Assembly (NCBI GenBank): GCA_946412015.1
Contig: CAMKGA010000001.1
Location: forward strand, 1,041 to 65,040
DNA: 64,000 nucleotides
From: an uncultured Bacillales bacterium
GTDB lineage: Bacteria > Bacillota_I > Bacilli_A > RF39 > UBA660
Reading direction: 5' to 3'
Positions 35,962-45,215 of this stretch are shown piece after piece. The translations under genes and the position numbers were made by a program. The first letter of the stretch is position 1; each line of letters starts with the position of its first letter. The notes under the pieces are model-generated. The model worked only from the letters and a program-made list of their open reading frames with translations, had not been told where the DNA came from and did not search any database.

Positions 35962-37788
35962 CTAAAAATTATTTTTACTAAAAAATTTATCGTCATCTAG
36001 TATTTTACCCCATTTTTTCTTCATGTATGCTTGTTCACTTAAAAATCTCTCATGTTTTTCTTTTGTAGCCTCATATCCACGTGATTTACTTTCATAATGA
36101 AACATAGTTAAATTAGATAAGCATACATTATAATATCCTTTATCTAAAGCTTTTAAATTTAAATCAACATCGTTTAAAGCTACTTTTAATTTTTCATCAA
36201 AACCATTAATCTCATTAAATTTACTTTTATTAATCATAAGACAAGCTGCTGTAACTGCCGTATAATCATATGGCATACAAAGACGTCCAAATAGCCCATT
36301 ATCATTATCTGATGCAGTAACATAAATATGACCAGCAACCCCTCCATAACCTAACACTACACCAGCATGTTGTACTAACTTATCTGGATATAATAGTTTT
36401 ATTCCAACACATCCAATATGTTTTAATGAAGCATATCCTACCATCCACTCAATAACGTCTGGATCTTTAATCTCAGTATCATTATTTAAAAATAATATAT
36501 AATCACCTTTAGCTATTTTAACTCCTTCATTATTTATATGAGAATAATTAAATTCACATTCTAATCTTAATACTTTAAAATTATCTCTCTTTTTATATTC
36601 ATCTAACATTTTAAATGTTTCGTCTTCTACACTATTATTATCTATTAATATAATTTCAAAATTCTTATATGTATTCTTTTCATATAAACTATCAATACAT
36701 CTTTTAGTCATTTTAGCTTTATCTTTTATTGGAATAATAATAGATACTAATGGATTATTATTATCATACTTTACTAAATATGTACTAACGCGAGGATTTT
36801 CGAGCACTGTCCCTTTTATTTTTCTCCTTTTTAAAGCATCTTCTAAAGCTTTTTTTCCAGCAACATATGCATAACTTTTATTACCCATATATCCTGCTGT
36901 AGAAGTTTTAGTCTGTCTCCAGTGATATAATACTTTTCTTACGTGATATATATTAGTAGTAATTTCTGTAAATCTTAGGAATAAATCATAATCCTGAGAA
37001 CCATCAAATTCAGACCTAAAGCCACCAATTTTATCAACGATACTTTTTCTCATACAACATAAATGGCAAATGTAATTAACACTCATTAATGTATCTGGAG
37101 AATAATCTGGTTTAAAATGTGGTTCCATTTTTCTACCATTAAAATCCAGTTTATCTTCATCAGTATATATCATATCTAGCTTAGAATCATTATTTAGAGC
37201 TTCTACAATATAATAAAGAGCATCTCTCTCTAATAAATCATCATTATCAAGAAGTGTTACAAACTCTCCTTTGGCAATTTTTAAAGCAGAGTTACTACTT
37301 TTAGATATCATTCCATTTTCTTTTCTATAAACTATTTTAATCTTTTCATTTTTTTCATATTCTTTTAAAGTTTCAATAGTTTCATCTAAAGTAGAATTAT
37401 CATCTGCAATACATATTTCAAAATTTGTATAGCTTTGGTTTAGTACTGATTCAATACATTCACTAAGTAGTTTTCTACTTACATTATATGTAGGAATTAT
37501 AACTGAAATAAGTGGATTATATTTAAATTTCTTATAATTTTTTATCTTTTCTTGCGAATCAAACCATTTATTATATGCTTTTTGATTTGTAAACAAGTTA
37601 GATGTACCTCCACCTCTTTTTAATACCACAAAAAATGATTTTATATATTTTTTCATAGCCTTAGGTGGTATTAAAAAATGATGTCTATGCCAAGCAAAAT
37701 ATACACTCTTTTTTATTAAATATGTTATTTTTTCTATTTTTGATATAAATTTTCTATATATAAAACTTTGTTTTTTATTCTTTTGCAT
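35962..37788 (-). CDS. Bifunctional glycosyltransferase with two GT2 (GT-A) domains
   Basis: ISVIIPTYNVSRKLLSECIESVLNQSYTNFEICIADDNS and VSIIIPIKDKAKMTKRCIDSLYEKNTYKNFEIILIDNNS, each followed by DxD-type motifs. ATG 37788 begins 1 nt after the upstream stop codon (TAA at 37790-37792). Confidence 0.8.
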   Translation of the reverse strand: MQKNKKQSFIYRKFISKIEKITYLIKKSVYFAWHRHHFLIPPKAMKKYIKSFFVVLKRGGGTSNLFTNQKAYNKWFDSQEKIKNYKKFKYNPLISVIIPTYNVSRKLLSECIESVLNQSYTNFEICIADDNSTLDETIETLKEYEKNEKIKIVYRKENGMISKSSNSALKIAKGEFVTLLDNDDLLERDALYYIVEALNNDSKLDMIYTDEDKLDFNGRKMEPHFKPDYSPDTLMSVNYICHLCCMRKSIVDKIGGFRSEFDGSQDYDLFLRFTEITTNIYHVRKVLYHWRQTKTSTAGYMGNKSYAYVAGKKALEDALKRRKIKGTVLENPRVSTYLVKYDNNNPLVSIIIPIKDKAKMTKRCIDSLYEKNTYKNFEIILIDNNSVEDETFKMLDEYKKRDNFKVLRLECEFNYSHINNEGVKIAKGDYILFLNNDTEIKDPDVIEWMVGYASLKHIGCVGIKLLYPDKLVQHAGVVLGYGGVAGHIYVTASDNDNGLFGRLCMPYDYTAVTAACLMINKSKFNEINGFDEKLKVALNDVDLNLKALDKGYYNVCLSNLTMFHYESKSRGYEATKEKHERFLSEQAYMKKKWGKILDDDKFFSKNNF

Positions 37789-37789
37789 A

Positions 37790-38929
37790 TTATTTAAATA
37801 TCTCCTTATATTTATCAATTATTATGTCCCAAGTAAAATTATTTTTAACAATATCTTTAGCCATAATTCCTTTTTCTTTTCTTATTTTATCTAATTCTTT
37901 TGAATTATTTAAAATTTCAGTAAGAGAATTATCTTCTTTAAAATAAAGACAACTATCAGCTCCAGCATATTTATTGAAACTAACATCATATAAAATATTT
38001 AAATCAGTTAGACTAAGTGCTTCAATTAAACTTGGATTTGTTCCTCCTACACTGTGTCCATGAATATATAGATAAGCATTTTTTCTTATTACTGCTAATT
38101 TTAATTGATCATAGACACCATTTATAAATTTAATTCTTTTATCCTTTAAACACTCAGTTTTTAATACTAATTCATTAAAATAATTACTGCTTTTTAAATT
38201 TGAAATAATTACTAAATCTTTTTTTATATTACTATTCATAAACTCTTTTATAACAAGTTCATAATTATTTTCAGGTACACATCTACCTACCATTAAACAA
38301 TAATTATCTTTTTTTAAATTATACTCTTTTAATATATTAGCCTCATCCACACCTTTAAAATCAAAAGTATTAGAACCATATGCAATATATGTTGTTTTTT
38401 CTTTTAATTTAGGATATTTTAAATCTACATAATCTTTAATACCAAGACTATCACAAACAATTGTATCACTAGACTTTAGCATGAAGCGTTCACTAAGAAG
38501 GAAAAATGTTTTAGCAACAAATCCCCATTTGCTTCTTTTAAATTCTAAACCATCAGGATTAACTAATATTGTAACTCCCAATTTTTTTAACTTTCTTCTT
38601 TTTAATGATAAATAATTTAAAGATTTTAAACCCAATATATATAAGTATGATTTTTTTATATTATTATCACTAATATACTTAATTACTTTATCAATTGATC
38701 TTAAAGAGTACAAAAACATATTAAAGCTTCCCTCATTCTTTACTCTAATAGGGAATATTTTTATATTCTTACTTACTTCTTTATCTTCTTCAGCATTAGT
38801 AGTAATTTTACTAATATAAAAGTTAGTATTAGAATCATTATAATTATCAACTAAATTTGTAACAAATGTCTCCCATCCTCCATAATTTTCATGGTATCCA
38901 CGGGATCCTATTATAAATACGTGTTTCAT
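37790..38929 (-). CDS. GT4 glycosyltransferase with DUF1972-type N-terminus (GacB/RgpA-like rhamnosyltransferase candidate)
   Basis: MKHVFIIGSRGYHENYGGWETFVTNLVDNY is the DUF1972 signature. The C-terminal domain is GT4. Confidence 0.6.
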   Translation of the reverse strand: MKHVFIIGSRGYHENYGGWETFVTNLVDNYNDSNTNFYISKITTNAEEDKEVSKNIKIFPIRVKNEGSFNMFLYSLRSIDKVIKYISDNNIKKSYLYILGLKSLNYLSLKRRKLKKLGVTILVNPDGLEFKRSKWGFVAKTFFLLSERFMLKSSDTIVCDSLGIKDYVDLKYPKLKEKTTYIAYGSNTFDFKGVDEANILKEYNLKKDNYCLMVGRCVPENNYELVIKEFMNSNIKKDLVIISNLKSSNYFNELVLKTECLKDKRIKFINGVYDQLKLAVIRKNAYLYIHGHSVGGTNPSLIEALSLTDLNILYDVSFNKYAGADSCLYFKEDNSLTEILNNSKELDKIRKEKGIMAKDIVKNNFTWDIIIDKYKEIFK

Positions 38930-38984
38930 ATTATCACTCTCAAAATAATTATATCAAAAAAAGTAATGTATTTCAATTACTCTT

Positions 38985-39770
38985 CTATTTACTAATTTGA
39001 TTAGATTTTTCAGCACCTTTATAAAACTTATTAATTAATTTTGCAATAAACTTGGGCCAAAATTTACACAATATCTGATAATCCTCTTTTGTACGAATAC
39101 CTTGGTTTATTATATCTGTTGTAGTTGATTCTAATGATATTCTATGTCCCATTAAACAATGTTTATTAAATATAAAACTACCTTTTAACTTACTTAAATT
39201 CTCCCAGGCATACCAATCAACATCACAAGTTAATTCACAGGAAAATATTTCTTTTGGACAATTTTTTCTTACAAAAGTAACTGCAGGACAACTTATACTA
39301 TTTCCAAATCTAAGAACTAATCTTTTTATAAACTTAAACCCAGATAATTTTTTGAATCTAAGTGGGAACAATAAAATCCTTTTAATTTTTAAATTTCTAT
39401 TTTTGTATACCTTTTCATTATTTCTAATTTCATAATAGTCTGTAAATATAATACTAGCTCTTTTATTTTTACTATATTCATTAATAACAGTCTCAGCATA
39501 TTTATAGTCATATAAATCATCTTGATGAGCAACTGTAACAAGGTCAGTTTTGCCACAATTAACAGCAAAATCAAAATCTCCACCAATATTAGTATGTTTA
39601 CCTACTATAATATCTAACTTATATTTACTTGCAATTCTTCTTATAAATTTATTATCTGTTGTTGTTGCAATAATAATTTTACTCTTAACACTTTGATTAG
39701 TTACTGATTTAATACAAGATTCTAAATACTCACTTTCCTTATATGCCAATACAACAAACGTATGTATCAT
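38985..39770 (-). CDS. GT2-like glycosyltransferase (261 aa)
   Basis: N-terminus FVVLAYKESEYLESCIKSVTNQ and HQDDLYD (DxD-like). Confidence 0.55.
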   Translation of the reverse strand: MIHTFVVLAYKESEYLESCIKSVTNQSVKSKIIIATTTDNKFIRRIASKYKLDIIVGKHTNIGGDFDFAVNCGKTDLVTVAHQDDLYDYKYAETVINEYSKNKRASIIFTDYYEIRNNEKVYKNRNLKIKRILLFPLRFKKLSGFKFIKRLVLRFGNSISCPAVTFVRKNCPKEIFSCELTCDVDWYAWENLSKLKGSFIFNKHCLMGHRISLESTTTDIINQGIRTKEDYQILCKFWPKFIAKLINKFYKGAEKSNQISK

Positions 39771-40747
39771 GATTTATAAAACTTTCTATTTAAAATTTTC
39801 AATAATAATTTTGGATGTTTTATTTTATTAAAAATTATAACAAGTTTAATCATTAAGTTAACTTTTTTAGGTTCGTCTTTTTTGTTTTTACAATTAACTT
39901 TATATCCGTATTTAATAAATATTGATTTAAGTAAAGAAAATGATTCATCATAATATTCAGATAATTCTTTATAATTTAAAAAATGTGCTTGCTCTATCAA
40001 ATATGCAGTAAAAATTTTTAAAAAATAATACTTTACATTTTCACTTTTTTTTACCAAAAATTTTTTATTATTTGAAATAAACTCATCTATGTATTTCATC
40101 ATTTTTGGAACTTCTCGCTTTATTAATGCTTTATTTCTGTGTGTAATAGAATCTTCATTTACTAAATTATTATAACCGATATATTCAGTAATAAAAACAT
40201 TTTCCGTTTTAGATAAACACCTCATTGTATATACTACATCTTCACCATATATTCTATCATGTGGAAATTCAATCTTATTTTTTTTTAGAAAACTAAATTT
40301 GTACAATCGGGCCCATACGGTAACTCTTCGATACCTATTCCACTCTGTATTATTAGTAAAATATTCAAAGTTGATTTTTCCAGTAGAATATATACTTCGA
40401 TACCCTCCAATTATGATATCATAATTATCATTACATTCTAACATTTTTTCAATAAAATCATTGTCTAGAAAATCATCAACATCCAAATATGTAACATAGT
40501 CTCCTGTAGCTTTTTTTAAAGCTAAATTTCTTGTCTCTGACAAACCAACATTTTTATGTGACTCGAAAATAATATTTTCATATTTTTTTGAGTACTCCTT
40601 TATCTTCTTTAAAGACCCATCGGTTGAACCATCGTTAGATAATATTATTTCGATATTTTTATATGTTTGATTTAATACAGAATCTAAGCATTTATCTAAA
40701 AAATCCATTCCGTTATATACAGGTATAATTATACTCACCTTTTTCAT
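39767..40747 (-). CDS. GT2 glycosyltransferase (326 aa)
   Basis: VSIIIPVYNGMDFLDKCLDSVLNQTYKNIEIILSNDGSTDGS and LDVDD. Confidence 0.8.
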   Translation of the reverse strand: MKKVSIIIPVYNGMDFLDKCLDSVLNQTYKNIEIILSNDGSTDGSLKKIKEYSKKYENIIFESHKNVGLSETRNLALKKATGDYVTYLDVDDFLDNDFIEKMLECNDNYDIIIGGYRSIYSTGKINFEYFTNNTEWNRYRRVTVWARLYKFSFLKKNKIEFPHDRIYGEDVVYTMRCLSKTENVFITEYIGYNNLVNEDSITHRNKALIKREVPKMMKYIDEFISNNKKFLVKKSENVKYYFLKIFTAYLIEQAHFLNYKELSEYYDESFSLLKSIFIKYGYKVNCKNKKDEPKKVNLMIKLVIIFNKIKHPKLLLKILNRKFYKS

Positions 40748-40753
40748 ATATTA

Positions 40754-41728
40754 TTATTTTCTCCTTTTTTTTACTAATTTTAAAAATAAAACATTTAGAT
40801 TTAAAAAACTAATTTTCATTAATATATAAACAGCTAAACCAGTGAATGCATTTTCACCACGTGGTCCAAAAAGTCTCAAATATCTATTTTTTTTATAATT
40901 TGGAAATTTTTTCTCAATCCAACGATCATAATGCTTTTTTTCTTGTAAAACAGAATTGAAATCATTGTCATTCAATATATAAAATATATACCATGTAATA
41001 GTTTTTAAAAAGAAATACTCATTAATCCCTTTTTTTGTTGTATTAATTTTATACAGCTCATCAAGTAAATAGTTAAATTGTAACTTTTTACTTATTTTTT
41101 TATGAAGTGTATTAGAAATGCTTGTCTCATTGTAAAACCATTTATAACCAGTGTTATTTATAATACTAGTTTTTTTTGTTGCATTAATTACTTGAAAATT
41201 AAAATAGATATCTTCGCCAATATTACTGTCTAAAAATTTAATTTTATGCTTAATCAAAAAATCCCTTTTATACATTTTTGCCCACGGCGCAACAATTTTA
41301 TACTTAGAAAAATCATGTTTTTTTGACAAAGCAACCCTATTTAAAATCTTATTTTTTTCATTAATACGCTCATAACCACCAAACACCACATCGTAATTGC
41401 CCTTTTTCATTTCATTTACATATGATAATATATAATCCTCGTCTATCCAATCGTCATTATCAATAAACATTATATATTTACCACTTGCATAGCCAATAGC
41501 TTCATTTCTTGTTTTTGCGACACCTTGATTTTTCTTGTTATATAGTCTAACAAAACTACTATATTTATTACAATAACCTTCACATATTTTTCTAGAATTA
41601 TCTGTAGAGCCGTCATTCATAAGAATTATTTCGTAATTATCAAAGCTATTGTTTAAAATACTATCTATACATCTTGATATATATTTTTCAGAATTGTATA
41701 CAGGAATTATTATACTTACTTCGCACAT
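40754..41728 (-). CDS. GT2 glycosyltransferase (324 aa), collinear paralogue of the preceding gene
   Basis: VSIIIPVYNSEKYISRCIDSILNNSFDNYEIILMNDGSTDNS and IDNDD. Confidence 0.8.
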   Translation of the reverse strand: MCEVSIIIPVYNSEKYISRCIDSILNNSFDNYEIILMNDGSTDNSRKICEGYCNKYSSFVRLYNKKNQGVAKTRNEAIGYASGKYIMFIDNDDWIDEDYILSYVNEMKKGNYDVVFGGYERINEKNKILNRVALSKKHDFSKYKIVAPWAKMYKRDFLIKHKIKFLDSNIGEDIYFNFQVINATKKTSIINNTGYKWFYNETSISNTLHKKISKKLQFNYLLDELYKINTTKKGINEYFFLKTITWYIFYILNDNDFNSVLQEKKHYDRWIEKKFPNYKKNRYLRLFGPRGENAFTGLAVYILMKISFLNLNVLFLKLVKKRRK

Positions 41729-41734
41729 TTTAAA

Positions 41735-42685
41735 TTACCTTTCTATATGAATTAAATTCCAATTATCCTCATATATATCAAGCAATTCATTAAACTCTTT
41801 ATATGAATCATTGGTCCAAATATCAGGAGCAATTACAACTTTATTCTTATTCCTTGATAAATATTGTGCCCACCAACTAAATGTGCTATTTGAGATAATA
41901 AAATGTTTGCAAGAATACATCATTCTAAGCTTTTCCCATACTGGATCATTTCCTGATTCAAAGACAGTCCCCTGTGGAAATTTCATGTTTTCTTTACACC
42001 ATTGAACATCATCTGAGAAAACGAAGAATTTAGCGTTTGGAACTAGTTTTTTCATTAGTTTTATACCGTTTGAAAAATATTCCGGAGTGCAAATATATAA
42101 ATTTTTTCGTACATCTTCATTACTAATAAAATCTCCTCTTCTAATAGTTACACAAACTGACTCAGTATTATTTATTAATTCATATATCTTTTTATTTTTT
42201 TCAATAATTCCATATTTAGGAGTAAATTCTTCCTGCAAAATTTCTTTTATATCATCAAAATATTTAGGGGATTCAAAAGTGCCATAAAAACAAACATTTT
42301 TACATTTACAATTTTTAAAATTATAATAGCCTAATCTAAAAGAATATACGCCGTTTTTGTTTAAAAAATCTTGTATTTTTTTTTCTATTCTATATAACTT
42401 TTTTGTATATTTTTTTTTGTAAAAAATCAAATTAAATATTTTAATTCCATTTAATAAATTTATCACAATTTTTTGCCTAATAGACAATTTTATTCTACCC
42501 TTTTTTATATTTTGAATGTTAAAATTTGTAATTTCTTCTTTGTAGTCTTCATCATCCCTTTTATATACCTCACTGAAATCTAATTGAATTTTTTCATTAG
42601 GTCTATATTTAATTTGAAAAGCACGAACAGCAGCATATTGGAACATTTGATTACCTAATCTGCCTATTATGTGTTTACTAATCAT
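41735..42685 (-). CDS. GT11-family glycosyltransferase (alpha-1,2-fucosyltransferase family)
   Basis: IGRLGNQMFQYAA, VTIRRGDF and SNSTFSWWAQYL, the three GT11 motifs. Confidence 0.75.
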   Translation of the reverse strand: MISKHIIGRLGNQMFQYAAVRAFQIKYRPNEKIQLDFSEVYKRDDEDYKEEITNFNIQNIKKGRIKLSIRQKIVINLLNGIKIFNLIFYKKKYTKKLYRIEKKIQDFLNKNGVYSFRLGYYNFKNCKCKNVCFYGTFESPKYFDDIKEILQEEFTPKYGIIEKNKKIYELINNTESVCVTIRRGDFISNEDVRKNLYICTPEYFSNGIKLMKKLVPNAKFFVFSDDVQWCKENMKFPQGTVFESGNDPVWEKLRMMYSCKHFIISNSTFSWWAQYLSRNKNKVVIAPDIWTNDSYKEFNELLDIYEDNWNLIHIER

Positions 42686-44135
42686 TTATTACACCTCGAT
42701 TCTTATTTATAATACTCGTGATTTTTGCTATAATACTTTTTATTATGTTTCTATTTATAAATATCATTATAAAAAAGCTTATTACAAAGAATAAATATCG
42801 AATAATTAAGTTATTATGAAATATTTTTGTTAATGTCAAATATAGAAGCAGAAAAAGTGATAAAAATACCATATATTTTATATTGTAAATCTTTCTTTTT
42901 TCAATAATTTTCATGCCAATATAATGTAATAAAAGTAAAATAAAATAACTTATTAAAGTAGTATATGCAGCAGCACTATAACCGAATTTTTTTATAAAAA
43001 AATAATTTAGCACAATATTTAATGCAGCTGTAATTACAGAAAAAAGTGCAATTTGTTTTGTTTTCTTGTAAAAATATTCAATATCATAAAAGAAAATGTA
43101 CATTATTTGAAAGAAAATTCCTATACATATTGGTGCTATCAAATTAATTGCAGAATAATATTTTACATCTAACAAAAGTTTTATCACTTCTGGACATACA
43201 CACATTAAACCAATACATAATATAAAGCAAAATGACATCATTGTTTTTGAATTATTATATATTGAATCAATTTCATTATTTTTCAATCTTCTATAAATCC
43301 ATGGAGACCAAGGATTAAACAATTGAATTAAAACTGCATATAGCAAATTTGCTATTGTATAAGCCATTCCGTAAATTCCTGCTTTTTCTGCCCCAGAAAT
43401 ATTTTTTACCATTATCAAATCACAACTAGTTAATAAAAGCTGAGCAAGTAAATGAGGAATCATTGGAATACAAATTTTTAATGACTGTTTTATATATTTC
43501 TTTCTATATTTAAATTGTCCCTTAAATAATATATATATACCACAAATTATTCCAAACAATATATTAAAGATATCTATGCCTATTATTCGTCCTATATATT
43601 TATGAGTAACTAGTAAATATGAAAAAATCAATGACAATACTTGAGAAATTGGATTACATAAAATACTATAAATGAAATTTAGTTTGTATTTGTTTTTAAA
43701 TGTCCAATACGATACCAACAATGTTCCTCCATTTATTAAAAAAATCATGAAAAACATTAAAGACATTATTTTAAAATCAAAACCTGTTAAAACATTGATC
43801 CATCTATGAAAAATTATATATATTATATAAATAGTAATACAAATTAATGATGAAAAAATATAAATCGAAGATAAGAAATGATAATCATCGCCATCAACAT
43901 CTAACATCATTCTATTTACAGAACTGTAAATAGATAAAAGGCAAATAATAGTAAAAATACTTTTTAAAGTTATAAAACTCGTCGCAATACCTAAATCACT
44001 TAATGAAATTACTTTGGTAATTAATACCGTTGTTATTAAAGAAACAATTATAGAAATTGTTATACTTATTATATTAAAAACAATTGCCTTTGCAGTATTC
44101 TTCCCATCATCTATTCTATTCATTTTTTTTGTCAC
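42678..44135 (-). CDS. Wzx/MOP-type polysaccharide flippase-like membrane protein
   Basis: 485 aa and about 12-14 TM segments. Occupies the position equivalent to GacK. Confidence 0.65.
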   Translation of the reverse strand: MTKKMNRIDDGKNTAKAIVFNIISITISIIVSLITTVLITKVISLSDLGIATSFITLKSIFTIICLLSIYSSVNRMMLDVDGDDYHFLSSIYIFSSLICITIYIIYIIFHRWINVLTGFDFKIMSLMFFMIFLINGGTLLVSYWTFKNKYKLNFIYSILCNPISQVLSLIFSYLLVTHKYIGRIIGIDIFNILFGIICGIYILFKGQFKYRKKYIKQSLKICIPMIPHLLAQLLLTSCDLIMVKNISGAEKAGIYGMAYTIANLLYAVLIQLFNPWSPWIYRRLKNNEIDSIYNNSKTMMSFCFILCIGLMCVCPEVIKLLLDVKYYSAINLIAPICIGIFFQIMYIFFYDIEYFYKKTKQIALFSVITAALNIVLNYFFIKKFGYSAAAYTTLISYFILLLLHYIGMKIIEKRKIYNIKYMVFLSLFLLLYLTLTKIFHNNLIIRYLFFVISFFIMIFINRNIIKSIIAKITSIINKNRGVIND

Positions 44136-44463
44136 CTTTTGACTTAAGCATTGATACTTCCTGTATCAACAATCTAATTTTTTTGTCCTGACTAGACACA
44201 ATAACAGTTAATGCAATAGATATTATTATCAAAACAACAATAATTATCGATATAACCATATTTGATGAAGTCTTAAATCCTAGAATACTAGTCGTAAATG
44301 ATAAAAAACCAGGAACCAAAATTGATATTAACAAAATCGTAAACAATATAATCCATATCAATGAATATTTTATATTAATTCTTTTTTTTCTTAACAATAA
44401 AACAATAAACACTATTATAAAAATTGAAAAAATAGTAGAAATAATAATTAAATTTGCACTCAT
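44116..44463 (-). CDS. DUF2304-like small membrane protein (GacJ-like)
   Basis: 115 aa. LLRKKRINIKYSLIWIILF, 3-4 TM segments, and a C-terminal coiled segment. Overlaps the upstream GtrB-like gene. Confidence 0.6.
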   Translation of the reverse strand: MSANLIIISTIFSIFIIVFIVLLLRKKRINIKYSLIWIILFTILLISILVPGFLSFTTSILGFKTSSNMVISIIIVVLIIISIALTVIVSSQDKKIRLLIQEVSMLKSKGDKKNE

Positions 44464-45173
44464 TTTTTACCTCCAAATTTCGTAAAAACAATTGATAAAA
44501 TAACATTAAGCATATAATATGCTTTCTTCCAATTTTTTATACTAGATGTGCCTGTTTTACGTTCGTTCATACTTACAGGAATCTCCATAATTTTAAAATG
44601 TTTTTTTATGATGCTGACACTCGATATAGGTTCAGGATATTCACTTGGATAATCGAGTGCAAATTCTTTTATTATTTCCTTATTTACCGCTCTAAATCCA
44701 CTTGTTGTATCATATATTTTAAAACCAGTTTTTAATTTTATAAAAAATGATATTATATTAATTCCAATTCTGCGAAAAAAGCTAGACTTAAATTCACTAG
44801 AATTCTTATCAATAAATCTTGAACCAATTGTCATATCACATTTTTTTTCTATAATAGGATTAATTATCTTTTCAATATAATTAACATCGTGCTGCCCATC
44901 ACCGTCAAATTGTATTGCAATATCATAATCATTTTCATATGCATATTTATATCCCGTTTGAACAGCGCCACCAATTCCTAAATTGTTAATTAATGATATA
45001 TGAGGAATCTTATTCTGAATACAAATACTTTTAGTTTCATCAATTGAACCATCATCAATTATGATTGCGTCTACTGAATATTTGCAATTTTTACTATACT
45101 TTAAAATTTTATTATAATTATTAAGAACATTTTTTTCTTCATTATATGAAGGAACTATTAATAGAATTTTCAT
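44460..45173 (-). CDS. GtrB/DPM1-like GT2 polyprenol-phosphate glycosyltransferase (GacI-like)
   Basis: MKILLIVPSYNEEKNV, AIIIDDGSIDET and QFDGDGQHD. RBS GAGGTG lies before ATG 45173. Confidence 0.75.
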   Translation of the reverse strand: MKILLIVPSYNEEKNVLNNYNKILKYSKNCKYSVDAIIIDDGSIDETKSICIQNKIPHISLINNLGIGGAVQTGYKYAYENDYDIAIQFDGDGQHDVNYIEKIINPIIEKKCDMTIGSRFIDKNSSEFKSSFFRRIGINIISFFIKLKTGFKIYDTTSGFRAVNKEIIKEFALDYPSEYPEPISSVSIIKKHFKIMEIPVSMNERKTGTSSIKNWKKAYYMLNVILSIVFTKFGGKK

Positions 45174-45215
45174 TATATACACCTCTAAAATTTATTAATT
45201 AAGATAAATATACAA

